64,000 nt of DNA, taken from contig NC_057719.1 in the NCBI RefSeq assembly GCF_004010195.1, positions 3,225,512-3,289,511 on the forward strand, in the 5' to 3' direction. The DNA is from Chiloscyllium plagiosum. Lineage: Eukaryota. The notes beneath the pieces are model-generated. The model had not been told where the DNA came from and ran no database searches. It saw nothing but the letters and a program-made list of their open reading frames with translations. Positions 38,261 to 51,039 of this stretch are shown piece after piece; position 1 is the stretch's first letter; every line of letters starts with the position of its first letter. Both the position numbers and the translations under genes were made by a program.

Positions 38261-39394
38261 TTGATAAAAACCAAAGCTGACATTTAACAATTATTGGGGA
38301 TGGTGTGGAATAATGAAGGTCAAAATCAAAAAAATAAAGTGATATGAAGATAGCAGAGGAGGGTGGCTTTGAAGTAGATGTCTGACAGAGTAGGCCCGAT
38401 GGCTGAATAGCATGCTCTTGTCCCTATGTTCCTTGTCATCCAGTGTGGTAATGAAAAATTGGCTTTCCAATTGGTTTGAAAAGGTGGTGAAGTGTGGGGG
38501 GGGGGGGGGGGGAAGGTGGGGGTGCGGGAAGTAGACACACTGAGTGACCAATGACAGGTGAGTGATGGCAGGATGCTAATATCAGAGCTGCTGTGTGTGA
38601 GGTGAGTAAAGAAAGATCCCAGAGTAGGGAGCAGTGTCAATCACATCAACGCCACACCAACCACAGTGTGTCGAATGCTGCAGAGTCTCAGAAACATCAG
38701 TGAGACAAAGTGGCTCAAAAGCTAATCATCTTACTTCTGTAAGTTCTCATAAAACTGTCCATCAAGCATTTTGTTTAATTGGGCCCAATCCCAGGAACAG
38801 ATTTCAGACCCTCACCCCCATGGGTGAGGGGAGAGAGTTTGTAAGCAAACCAGCAATAGCGTGGCATATTTGAGAGCTTATGTCATGGCTGCGGTATGAT
38901 TATTTACACTTTCAAATATTCTCTTAAAACTGACCTTTGAAAAAACACACTCCCACTGCACGGAGGGGAATGGCATCATAAAATATAAATGAGATTTCAC
39001 AGAGAGGACAGTTTATGGCGCAGTGGAAAATAAATATTATTTCTCTGCAATGAGCCATCTGCCTGCCCAAGGGCAGTAATTTCCTCACTACTACATCACT
39101 GTAGGCCACAGGTCGCAGGTTGTTACTGGAGATAGAACCGATGACATGGAGATGCCAATGTAGAACTGTAACCGCGGTACAGGCCCTTCAGCCCTCAATG
39201 TTGTGCTGACCAAATCCACTCATAATGTCAATGCATGATGAGGAGGGCAGGAAAGCAACCCAGGAGCATCCCCAAGTATATTGAGAAACAATGAGGTGTC
39301 AACCTGATGAAGCTCCAAGCTTCACCTCCATCTTCAACTGGAGGAGTGAGAGTGAGGGCAACAGATGATGAGGGTACCTGGAGTGTAATCAGAT

Positions 39395-39685
39395 AATAGG
39401 TTTAAGGCGCGAGGGCAAAGATTTAAAAGGGAGCTGAGGGCTAACTTTTTCACCCAGAGGGTGGTGTGCATATGGACTGAGCTGTCAGAGGAAGTGGTGG
39501 AGGCTGGTACAGTTGCAACATTTAAAAGGCATCAGGAATAAGTATCTAAGTAGGAAGGGTTTGGAGAGATACGGGCCAAATGCTGGTAAATGGGACTAGA
39601 TCAGATTGGGAATAGTTGGTGTGGGTGAGTCTCACCGAAGGGTGTGTTTCCGTGCTGTACATCTCTATGACTCCATGACTCTAAG
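39395..39685 (+). mobile_element. CR1 (HER1-like) 3' end
   Basis: NFFTQRVV..., with a ctctatgactccatgactcta tail. Confidence 0.8.
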
Positions 39686-41066
39686 AGCTGAGTGGGTGAC
39701 CTATCTCGGCCTCCTCCAGTGGTTCCGAGAGTTACAGATACCAGGCTCCAGCCAATTCGATTCGCTCCATGTGATAGCAAGGAACAGCTAGAGGCATTGG
39801 ATACTGCAAAATTTATGGGCCCCAACAATATTCCATACTGAAGACTTGTGCTCCAGAACTTGCCTCTCCCCTTGCCAAGCTCTTCCAGTTACAACACTGG
39901 CATCAACCCGACAAAGTGGGAAATTGCCCAGGTATGTCCCATACACAAAAAGCAGGACAATTCCAACCCGGCCAATTACACCCCCATCAGTCTACTCTCC
40001 ACCATCAGTAAAGTGATGGAAGGTGTCACCAACAGTGCTATCAAGCAGCACCTGCTCAGCAATAACCTGCTCAGTGACGCCCAGTTTGGGTTCCCCCAGG
40101 GCCACTCAGCTCCTGACCTCATTCCAGCCTTGGTTCAAACATGGACAAAAGAGCGGAATTCCAGAGGGGAGGGAAGGGGAGGGGAGAGGGACAGCTCTTG
40201 ACATCAAGGCTGCATTCGACTGAGTGCGGCATCAAGGAGCCCTGGCAAAACTGAGAATCAGGGGCAAACTCCCGCTGGTTGGAGTCATACCTGACACGGA
40301 GGAAAATGGTTGTGGTTGTTGGAGATCAATTATCTCAGCTCCAGGACATCTCTGCAGGAGTTCCTCAGGGGAGTGTCCTGAGCCCAACCACCTTCAGCTG
40401 CTTCATCAATGACCTTCCCTCCATCATAAGGTCAGAAGTGGGGAGGTTCACTGATGACAGCACAGTGTTCAGCACCATTCGGACTCCTCAGCTACTTAAG
40501 CAGTCCGTGTCCAAATGCAACAGGATCCGGACAATATCCAGGCTTGGGCTGACAAGTGACAAATACATTTCCCAAGTGCCAAGCAATGACCATCTCCAAT
40601 AAGAGACAATCTAAGCGTCCCCATTATCGTTGCTGAATTCTCCACTATAACCATCCTGGCAGTTAACATTGACCAGAAATTGAACTGGATTATCCACATA
40701 AACACAGTGGCTATGTGATCAGGTCAGAGGTTACGGATACTGCAGTGGGTAACTCACCTCCTGACTCCCCAAAGCCTGCCCACCATCTACAAGACACAAG
40801 TCAGGAGTGTGATGGAATACTCCCCACTTGCCCTGGATGGGGGCAGCTCCAACAACACTCAAGAAGCTTGACACCATCCAGGACAAAGCAGCCGTTTGAT
40901 TGGCACCACATTCACAAACACCCACTCCCTCCACCACCGACACTCAGTAGCAGCAGTGTGTACCATCTACAAGATGTGCTGCAGAAATTCACCAAAGATC
41001 CTTAGACAGAATCTTCCAAACCTACAACCACTTCCATCTAGAAGGACAAGGGCAGTAGATACATGG
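39686..41066 (+). mobile_element. CR1/L2-group LINE RT pseudogene
   Basis: NPANYTPISLLS, QFGFPQGHS, ALDIKAAFD, GVPQGSVLSP and FTDDSTVF. Confidence 0.85.
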
Positions 41067-41320
41067 AGAAGGTGAGGACTGCAGATGCTGGAGATCAGAG
41101 CTGAAAATGTGTTGCTGGAAAAGCACAGCAGGTCAGGCAGCATCCAAGGAGCAGGAGAATCGATGTTTCAGGCCTGAAGGAGGCCCTCTAGTAAAGAACT
41201 GCGGATGCTGTAAATCAGAGACAAAAACAGAAATCGCTGGAAAAGCTCAGCAGGTCTGGCAGCATCTATGGAGAGAAATCAGAGTTAATGTTTCGGGTCC
41301 AGTGACCCTTCCTCAGATTT
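41067..41320 (-). mobile_element. Two adjacent PLE terminal fragments; the second carries a hammerhead motif (41287-41316)
   Basis: Minus strand reads CTGAGGA-a-gggtc(actg)gaccc-GAAAC-ATT. Confidence 0.65.
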
Positions 41321-41334
41321 CTATGTTTGTCTAT

Positions 41335-41925
41335 ACCCTCTAGTATTTGATATTTCCACTCCGGGAAAAAGACTCTGACAGCCCACCCTATCTATGCCTC
41401 TCATAATTTTATACACTTCGATCAGGTTGCCCCTCAGCCTCTGATGTTCTCTTGAAAGCAATCCAAGTATTTCCAACCTGTCCTTCTAGCAAATCCTGAT
41501 AAACCTCTTCTGTGGCCTCTGCAAAGCCTCCACATCCTTTCTATAGTGTTGGGACCAGAACTGCACACAGTACTCCCATATGTGGCCTCACTAAAGTCTT
41601 ATACAGCTGCAACATCACTTTGCCAACCTTTACATTCAGTGCCCTGTCCGATGAAGGTAAGCATGCCATTTGCCTTCTTTACCACCTTATCCACTCATGT
41701 TGCCACTTTCAGGGAGCTGTGGACTTGTACCCCAAGATCCCTCTGTATATCAATGTTCCTAAGGGTCCTGTCACTTACTGTACACTTCCCTCTTGCATTT
41801 GACCTCCCACAATGCATCATGTCACATTTGTCTAGGTTAAGCTCCATCTGTCATTTCTCTGCCTGACTTTCCAACTGCTCTACATCCTGCTGTATCCTTT
41901 GATGACCTTCCTCACTATCCACAAT
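41335..41925 (-). mobile_element. CR1 LINE fragment
   Basis: Reverse complement of a CR1 RT C-terminal region (LYKTLVRPH, EYCVQFW). Confidence 0.7.
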
Positions 41926-42069
41926 GAAGTAACTCCACAGAGTTAATTTTTTTCTCTTTTTTTCCTTTTTCATAATCCCCACACTATCACCTAACTGCGG
42001 TAGTGCTTATTTTCCCCAGTACCCATGTTGTGTGTGTGCAGGTGTGAGACAGTGAAAGACATAAGGTGG

Positions 42070-42530
42070 ACACTCCTGTTTCTATCTGTCAGCCAGGGCA
42101 TCCTGATTGGACTAGATTAACAGCCCCAGTTATGGAACTTGTATTCTCTGAGGTCTACCTGCTTGACTTCATTATAATCCGTTCCCATGGTTCATATGAT
42201 GAACTGTATTGCCTGAAGTAAACTGTCTCTCTTGCGTAGCAGAGAGTGGCATTGGTGTTCCCGATGCCTTTTCACCACCCCCACCCAGGACCAGGAAGAT
42301 CAGACTTAACCTGGTGCAGAGTCTTCTCCCCATTAGCAACTCTGCTGGATTTATCCCAGTGATTACACGAAGAGTGGTCGTATAATCAAAAACCAACCAG
42401 GATAATTTGGTATCTGGCGAAACTGTCGGTTGTTTCATTCAGCCTGCCGTCAAAGTTTGGACTGCTCTTTCTGTCAGACCATTGGATAATGGATGGTATG
42501 GAGCTGTCCTTATATGTTGAATGTCATTTG
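42070..42530 (-). mobile_element. Gypsy-type LTR element, integrase C-terminal fragment (probably the same element as 51440-53600)
   Basis: Minus strand reads HIRTAPYHPLSNGLTERAVQTL and TGINPAELLMGRRL. Confidence 0.75.
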
Positions 42531-43580
42531 GTTTTTATTCACAAAATTACACAATGAAACACAAAAAACAGAATAAATAACCCCTACAGAACTCAGTCTA
42601 TCCAAACCAAATGTAATTATGCTGTTCTGAATACACACAACAGTCTCAATTAGCAAACTCCCTTTAAAAACCAGTATAAATAGAACACATGCTTACAGGT
42701 TGAAGTTGAAGGGCAGAAAAGAGCATTTCCAAACAGCTCCCTGTTGAACTTCGCAGTTCAAGACTGAACTAAAATCTGCTCAGCTCAGCTCAGCTCAGCT
42801 AGAGAGATGACCACTCCCCTTGCTTTATACAGGTCACTTCTAAAGCATGACCACTTTGGCCTGAAGTCTCATCTGTTTGCATATAAACAGAAGGCCTCTC
42901 AAAATCCTTTTCATCTCTGTACCAAACCAGACTGATCAGAGCCCGGCCCAGTTTATTTCCCCTCTGAGAAAAAACAATGACAGAGTCTCCTTGAGCCAAG
43001 GACCAGCTTTTAGATAAAAAGGGACTAGCTTTGTGACACCTCCCCCCTTAAAAAGTGAATCATCAATACCAAAAGATGGCTTCACTTTTAACCCTTCGAA
43101 ATGCGGTTAGTAGTCTAAACATACTGATACACTATGCTAACTATAAACATGCAAACATGCACAACCACATGCAAATTCAGGCCACGGTACACCGACCACC
43201 GAACGCCTCCGTATCTCATTCGAGTCTCGATAACGCATCGGCTATCACGTTTTTGTGACCTGCCACAGGCACAATTGTCACATTGACTGGCTGTAACAAC
43301 ACGCTCCATCTAAACAGGCTGGCATTTTTTGTCCTTAAAATTTTTCCACAAATGTCAATGGGTTGTGATCAGTGTATACGATTGTCTCAGATGCGTTGCT
43401 GGTAATATAAACACTGAAATGTTGTAATGCCAGCACCAAGCTTAAAGCCTCTTGCTCCACTGTAAAGTATTTCTGTTGATGAACATTCAACTTCCTGGAA
43501 AAATACCTGATGGGCCTTTCTATTCCCTCGTCATCCTTCTGCAGGAGCACCGCATCGACACCCACATCGCTGGCATGGAT

Positions 43581-46513
43581 TGGGTTTGCTCGCTGAGCTG
43601 GGAGGTTCATTTCCAGACGTTTCGTCACCCTACTGGATAACATCTTCAGTGGGCCTCAGGCAAAGTAGTGTACGTGATTCCTGCTTTCTATTTATATGAG
43701 TGGGTTTCTTTAGGTTGGTGATATCATTTCCTGTGGTGACGTTATTTCCTGTGATGAAGTCATGAAGTCACTTCCTATTCTTTTTCTCAGGGGGTGGTAA
43801 ATGGGGTCTAACTCGATGTGTTTGTTGAGTTGCTAAGACTTATGGGCGCATTACCCTAAAAATGGCCCAAAAATGGGAATCTAATGCCATCTGACAGAAT
43901 GCCACCCACGACAGCAGTACCTCCTGCATGAATGCCTAAGGAAACAGGTACTACCTAAATGTCTTCAAGGCAAATCTCCCCTTAACACCTCACTAGCCAC
44001 AAGAATAGCACAGCAAAACGGCTGCAGAATGCTTAGAGAAATTATTAATGATGCCCACAACAGACTCTGTAAATACAACTGGGAAATTTTACATCTAAAA
44101 TCTTTACTCACTCATGCAACAGACCATAAATGGACAGACACAGTACAACAAGCCACAGATATTAGACAGCGACAAACATAGAAAATGGAAAAAAAAAACT
44201 AGACCTGCAGTAAAAACTAGACAAACTTACACAAAGTAACAACACAGACAACACAGAAGCATGGATATAAAACTTATCTGACCAACCCTTAACAGACACT
44301 GAAAAAGCTGTCTTAGTAGGAGGATTAAATTGCAACTGCCAGGTTGTGGACAAGAAAGATTTCTTAGCAGCATTAGACACAACACTAAACGACAACCAAC
44401 TCATAGAAGAAACCCAACAAACCATCAGACAGGTAGTCGCACCAACATTAAGCAGAAAAAAGGAAGGAGAAACACTCAATACACAAGAAAGGAAAGCATT
44501 GGAAAGACTAAAAAAAGATAAAAACATTGTTATCCTCCCTGCAGACAAAGGACGCTTGACAGTCATTCTAAATCGAATAGATTACATTGTAAAAGTAAAC
44601 GCACTACTTGCGGATACCAACACTTAGCAACAAGTGGTGATAGACCCAACCCCACAACTAGAGAACTAAATCACAGCCCTATTCAAAAAAACTTCAGAAA
44701 TCTGGAGAAATAAATAAGACCAACTTCCAAAAAATGACCAGATGGATCCAACACCCCACGCTTCTACGGATTACCCAAAATTCACAAACCAGGAGCCCCC
44801 CTCAAACCCATAGTCTTGCTACCTGGAACACCAACTTACCGACTGGCCAGGGAGCTACACCAAAGACTAAAACACTTTAGAAGGCTCACACCACTCCATC
44901 TACTCCATCCAAGAATTCCCAAAGACCATCAAAAATAGAAGAGGATGAATTAATGGTCTCCTTTGATGTAACAGCACTATTTACATCAATCAACATTAAC
45001 CTGGCCAAGGAAACACTGACTACACTATTAGAAGACCCAAAGACACATACACCAAACACCACTAACTTCGTCAACAAGGACAGTATCGACAAGCTAGTGG
45101 AGCTATGCCTTACCACCCACTTCACCTTCAACAACAAAAACCTACAGACAAACCAACGGAACACCCATGGGATCTCCAATGTCAGGGTTCTTAGCAGAGA
45201 CAGTAATGCAGAGACTCCAACAAACAGTTCTACCAACCATCCAATCCAAACTTTGGGTCCACTACGTGGATAACACTTTTGTCATCATTAACCGAAACAA
45301 ATTAGAGGAAATCTTCAAGACCATCAATAATATTCTTATTGGCATAAAATTTACTGAAGAGGAGGAAAACAACAACAAACTGCCATTCCTCGATGTCACA
45401 GTAGAGTGAACAGCCAATGGGGAAACCACTAACTTCGTCAACAAGGACAGTATCGTCAAGCTAGTGGAGCTATGCCTTACCACCCACTTCACCTTCAACA
45501 ACAAAAACCTGCAGACAAACCAACGGAACACCCATGGGATCTCCAATATCAGGGTTCTTAGCAGAGACAGTAATGCAGAGACTCCAACAAACAGTTCTGC
45601 CAACCATCCAACCCAAACTTTGAGTCCACTACGTGGATGACACCTTTGTCATCATTAACCGAAACAAATTAGAGGAAATCTTCAAGACCATATTGGCATA
45701 AAATTTACTGAAGAGGAGGAAAACAACAACAAACTGCCATTCCTCGATGTCACAGTAGAGTGAACAGCCAATGGGGAACTTCAAACCTGCGTCTACAGAA
45801 AACACACAGACCAAATATTCAGCTACAGAAGCAATCACCCCAACATCCACAAACGAAGCTGCATCAGAACATTATTCCAATGAGCCACCGCACACTGCAG
45901 CACAGAGGAACTACGCAGAGCAGAGGAAAATCACCCATATAGTATATTCAAAAAGAACGAGTACCCAATGAACACAGTCCGCAGATTTCTCAGCAACAAA
46001 CCCAAACAAGTAGACAACACACATCTAGAAACCCTAGCCACTTTCCCCTACATCAAAGACATCTCTGAAATGACTGCCAGACTACTCAGACCCCTTGGCA
46101 TCATGGTAGCCCACAAACCCACCAACACACTAACACAGCAGCTAATGAACTTGAAAGACCCGATTCAGACAACAAGCAAAACTAATGTCATTTACAAAAT
46201 ACCGTGCAAGAACTGTAATAAACACTACATTGGACAAACAGGCAGAAAACTAGCCACCAGGATACATGAACATCAACTAGCCACAAAACGACGTGACCCT
46301 CTCTCTCTCACCTCCTTACATACAGATAAGGAAAGACACCACTTCAACTGGGACAACACATTCATCTTAGCATATAAATAGGAACCATGAATCATGGACA
46401 CTGCTTCACCTGAGGCCCACTAAACATGTTACCTAGTAGGGTGGCAAAACCTCCCAGCTCAGCGAGCAAACCTACATCCAGAACCTTAACCTGAGCTGCA
46501 AATCTTGTCAAAG
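43581..46513 (+). mobile_element. Near full-length Penelope-like element (RT plus GIY-YIG) with inverted 5' terminal repeat, inserted in the Gypsy RNase H
   Basis: ILPADKGRLTVI, VSFDVTALFTSI, MGSPMSG, YVDD/YVDN, YKIPCKNCNKHYIGQTGR. 15-bp TSD atc(g/a)ctggcat(g/c)gat at 43566-43580/46514-46528. Confidence 0.9.
43613..43652 (-). ncRNA. Minimal type-I hammerhead ribozyme motif in inverted PLE repeat
   Basis: Minus strand reads cca-CTGAAGA-t-gttatc(cagtag)ggtgac-GAAAC-GTC-tgg. Confidence 0.75.
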
Positions 46514-47075
46514 ATCACTGGCATCGATAGCCACCTTGAAAGGCTTTGTGTAATCTGCTGTGGCTAATACTGGGGCAGTGGTTAACACAGTGTTCAGTGT
46601 CAAATGCCTTTTGACAGTCCGCTGTCCACTGAAACTTCTTGCCCTTTTTTTAACAATTTGGTGAGTGGAGCAGCCACACTGCTAAAGTTTGGTACAAGTT
46701 TTCAGTAAAATCCACTCAACCCCAGGAACCGGAGTACTGCTTTGTTTTGCCGACGGTGTGGAAAATTTACCAATTACTTTTGTTCTTGCATCTCGTGGGG
46801 CTACTTGTCTATGTCCAATAACATGGCCCAGAAAGGGGACTTGGGCTTTGACAAATTCACTTTTAGCTCAGTTTAACCACCAAGCCTGCCTTCCGAAGAT
46901 GATTGAGCAAGTTTGATAAATGCTGTAAATGTTCCTTCCATGAGTGACTAACAATCACCAGGTCATCAATATACACCTCACAATTGGGTAATCTGGCAAT
47001 GACCTTATTAGTCAGTCTCTGAAATGTGGCTGGAGCATTTTTCATACCAAATGGCATGGCTATGAACTGATATAG

Positions 47076-47182
47076 GATTCTGGATCAGTGGTGCTGGAAG
47101 AGCACAGCAATTCAGGCAGCATCTGAGGACAGGCAAAATCAACGTTTTGGGCAAAAGCCCTTCATCAGGAATCAGCCCTTCA
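47076..47182 (-). mobile_element. 107-bp PLE-terminus mini-insertion with perfect 15-bp TSD
   Basis: TSD tatgaactgatatag at 47061-47075 and 47183-47197. Minus strand reads CTGATGA-a-gggc(tttt)gccc-aaaacgtt (GAAA mutated). Confidence 0.85.
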
Positions 47183-49311
47183 TATGAACTGATATAGTCC
47201 ATTTGTCGTTATGAAAGCCGGAATTGCTTTTGCTCTCTCTGACAGAGATACATGCAAGTCATCTCTGAGCAAGTCCAACTTAGAAATGTAAGTTGCTTGT
47301 CCCACTTTTTCAACACAGTCCTCCAATCATGGAATTGGATATGTATCAGTCTTTGTAACGGCGTTGACTTTGCGATAGACGGGTACCATCTGCCTTTGGC
47401 ACCATGACTATGGGTGATTTCCAGTCACTGTAACTCACTTTGATTATGCCATTTTGGAGCATGCACTCTATCTCCTACTGAACCTGTGCCAACTTTAGAG
47501 GGTTATGCCTATAAGGATGTTGCTTAATTGGAACAGCATCCCCTCTATCTACATCATACACAATTAGGTTAGTAATTCCCAGTTTATTTCTGAATATCTC
47601 CCCATGTGATAATAACTCTTTCAGGTCATTTCAATTTTTTATGGAAGCTAACTCAATTTATCCCAATTTTTGACAACTTTCCCATTGTCCAATTTGATTT
47701 GAGGAATGTTCAATTCAGAATCCTCTGAACTTGGTTCTTCCGTCTGTGCTGTAATCATTATCACCGTCTCCTCTTGCTTTCCTTCCCTATCAAAATACCC
47801 TTTGAACATATTCACATGACACACTCTGTGAGATTTCTTCCTGTCTGGAGTCCTTATCAAGTAGTTCACCTCACTCAATTTCCTCTCAATTTGATAAGGT
47901 CCACTAACCTTGCTTTTAAAGGCTCACCTGTTATTGGGAGTAACATCAATACATTATCCCCAATTGCAAAATTGTGAATTTGCAATTTCTTACCCACTTC
48001 CTGTTTCACTGTATGCTGTCTAGCCAACTCTCCAGCTCTATTTAATCATTCTCTAAAATGTGACACATTGTCAAAATGGGTGGTCTCTGAACTCTGACTT
48101 ATTAATTTCTCCTGAATCAGTTTTAACGGACATCTTACTACATGCCCAAAAATTAATTCAAATGGACTGAATTTGGTCAATTCATTTGGTGCATCTCTGA
48201 TTGCAAAATGTACAAATGGAATTCCGTTATCCCAATCATCTGGATAATCCTGACCATAAGCCCTCAACATGCTCTTTAGTGTTTGATGCCATCTCCCTGC
48301 AATTCCGAATGGTACGCATAGATTTGAATTGTTTTATTCCCAAGTTATCCATAACCTCCTTGAATAGTTTGAAATTTTATCCTTGATCTGACTGGATCTC
48401 TATTGGTAGTCTGTATCTAGTAAAAAATTTAAGTAATTCTTCTAAAACCCTTTTAGCTGTGATGTTGCGAAAAGGGATTGCCTCTGGAAATCTAGGCGAC
48501 TCATCCATTATTGTTAATAAATTCTTATTCCCACTTTTTGTTTGAGGTAGGGGACCTTTGAAATCACTCAAGACTCTTGTGAAAGGTTCCTCAAATGCTG
48601 GAATAGGTATTAAAGGTACAGGTTTTATTACTGCCTGTGGTTTTCCGATTGGCTGACATGTGTGACATATCTGGCAAAATTCAACTACATCTTTGTGCAG
48701 TCCAGGCCAGTAAAAATGTCTTTATATTTTAGCCTGTGTTTTCCTCACCCCTAAATGACCTCCAAGTCGTAGCTCATGCACCAGTCGCACCACTTCCTTT
48801 CTGTACCCTACTGGCAAAACAATTTGATGAATCTCTGCCCATTTCTCATCTGCTTCAATATGTGATGGTCTCCATTTCCTCATTAAGGTATCATTTGTTA
48901 AGTAATAACACACACAGATGCATTCACTTTCTTTCTTTGTAAATGCCTTTTGATATAACTGTCTTAACTCCTCATCTTTCTGCTGTAATTCAATCAGCTT
49001 AGCAGAGCTAAAGATGTTTGCATGTTTACCTATTTGCTCCTTCTCTGTTCCTTAACTGATTGAAAAACATCTCGGATAACACTATGTCAGCTTCCTTATC
49101 TGTCCCTTTTGATCTCTCCTGCTTCAGCTTGTTCCTCTGTGATCTTGTGATCACACAATCAGGGAAAATTCCTGAATAAAGATCCTTGATTTCTTCAGTT
49201 GCCTGTATCTCTATTGGCTTTTCGATTAGAGTGGGCAGCACACCTACCGGTGAATCAGCTATATCATTTACAAGGGCACATTGTATTCTGTCTGCCCTGG
49301 AGCTGAGAGTG

Positions 49312-49400
49312 ATTAGATTAGATTAGATTAGATTACTTACAGTGTGGAAACCGACCCGCCGAAGCGTAACCCACCCATGCCCCTACATTTACCCCTTTTA
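49312..49400 (-). mobile_element. HE1-like SINE 3' tail running into gap
   Basis: (attag)n tail followed by acagtgtggaaac. Confidence 0.65.
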
Positions 49401-49900
49401 NNNNNNNNNNNNNNNNNNNNNNNNNNNNNNNNNNNNNNNNNNNNNNNNNNNNNNNNNNNNNNNNNNNNNNNNNNNNNNNNNNNNNNNNNNNNNNNNNNNN
49501 NNNNNNNNNNNNNNNNNNNNNNNNNNNNNNNNNNNNNNNNNNNNNNNNNNNNNNNNNNNNNNNNNNNNNNNNNNNNNNNNNNNNNNNNNNNNNNNNNNNN
49601 NNNNNNNNNNNNNNNNNNNNNNNNNNNNNNNNNNNNNNNNNNNNNNNNNNNNNNNNNNNNNNNNNNNNNNNNNNNNNNNNNNNNNNNNNNNNNNNNNNNN
49701 NNNNNNNNNNNNNNNNNNNNNNNNNNNNNNNNNNNNNNNNNNNNNNNNNNNNNNNNNNNNNNNNNNNNNNNNNNNNNNNNNNNNNNNNNNNNNNNNNNNN
49801 NNNNNNNNNNNNNNNNNNNNNNNNNNNNNNNNNNNNNNNNNNNNNNNNNNNNNNNNNNNNNNNNNNNNNNNNNNNNNNNNNNNNNNNNNNNNNNNNNNNN
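49401..49900. other. Assembly gap
   Basis: N run. Confidence 1.
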
Positions 49901-50622
49901 TTCTCCAGCAAGTTTAAATGCTGAGAATTACTGCTGGAATTATCTCTCCCTTACTCACAGAAGCAGGCCGGTCCAATTCCAGCTTCTCTGCTAATTCCTG
50001 CAGCTTGATCTTATTCACTTTTTGCAAAACCTTCCAAAGTCACTGCATTCACTTCCAGAAAACTTTTGGTGACTGAAAGAGCCATTCTTATCCCAAACTT
50101 TGTCTACCCAACCAAACCAATACCCAGAATAAAGACACTAACACCTCCCACGCACTGTTTAAAATCCTGCAAAGAGTCCCCAATCTGTCATGGACTAAGC
50201 CAGACCACTCAAAACATTCTTAAGCAGGCAGCTCAGACCATAACTCTGCAATTTGTTTCAGTAAGTATACAGTGAAAATTACCCAGAGGAAGTTAGCCAG
50301 GTTGACTAGTAGGTTTTAAAACAGACAGAAATTTATTTACAAAATTACACAATGAAACGCAAAGAACAGAATAAATAACCCCTACAGTACTCAGTCTATC
50401 CAAACAAGACTTAAACATACACAACAGTCCCAATAAGCAAATTCCCTTTAAAAACCAGTATAAATGGAACACATGCTTACAGGTTGAAGTTGGAGAGTAG
50501 AAAAGAGAGAGAGTTTCCACACAGCTCCCTGTTGAACTCCATACCAGTTCAAGAGTGAACTAAAACTGCTCAGCTAGAGAACTGACCACTCCCCTTTCAT
50601 TGTACAGGTCACTTCTAAAGCA

Positions 50623-50830
50623 CCGAGGAGAAAGTGAGGGCTGCAGATGCTGGAGATCAGAGCTGAAAATGTGTTGCTGGAAAAGCACAGCAGGTCAGGC
50701 AACATCCAAGGGACAGGAGAATTGACGTTTCGGGCATAAGCATTCCTGAAGAAGGGCTTATGCCCGAAACGTCGATTCTCCTGTTCCTTGGATGCTGCCT
50801 GACCTGCTGCGCTTTTCCAGCAACACATTT
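50623..50830. mobile_element. 208-bp fold-back PLE-terminus insertion with hammerhead motif and 14-bp TSD in the Gmr1 5' LTR
   Basis: TSD tcactt(c)(t/c)aaagca at 50609-50622/50831-50844, ~78-bp inverted arms, and core CTGAAGA...GAAACGTC at 50746-50773. Confidence 0.88.
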
Positions 50831-51039
50831 TCACTTCCAAAGCATGACCACTTTGGCCTGAAGTCTCATCTATTTACATATAAACAAAAGGCCTCTCAAA
50901 ATCCTTTTCATCTGTGTACCAAACCAGACTGATCGGAGCCTGGCCCAGTTTATTGCCCCTCTGAAACAAATCAAGGACAGAGTCTCCTTGAGCCAAGAAA
51001 CACCTTTTAGTAAATGAGGGACTAGCTTTGTGACAACAG

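Larger units (their letters stand above)
42531..51035 (-). mobile_element. Gmr1-like Ty3/Gypsy LTR retrotransposon (IN-RT-RH order), degenerate, with nested PLEs
   Basis: 5' LTR 50186-51035 (TG..CA) and truncated 3' LTR ~42531-43038. PPT at 43039-43053, PBS-like sequence next to 50185. Integrase ~48900-47650, RT ~47560-46860 (YIDD), RNase H ~46560-43335 (DASD, YTDHNPL). Confidence 0.88.

Noticed and set aside
46395..46460. Hammerhead at the 3' terminus of the large PLE
   Set aside because: The core is destroyed (ctaaaca for CTGAAGA, caaaac for GAAAC, plus a deletion). Only the inverted copy at 43613-43652 is intact.
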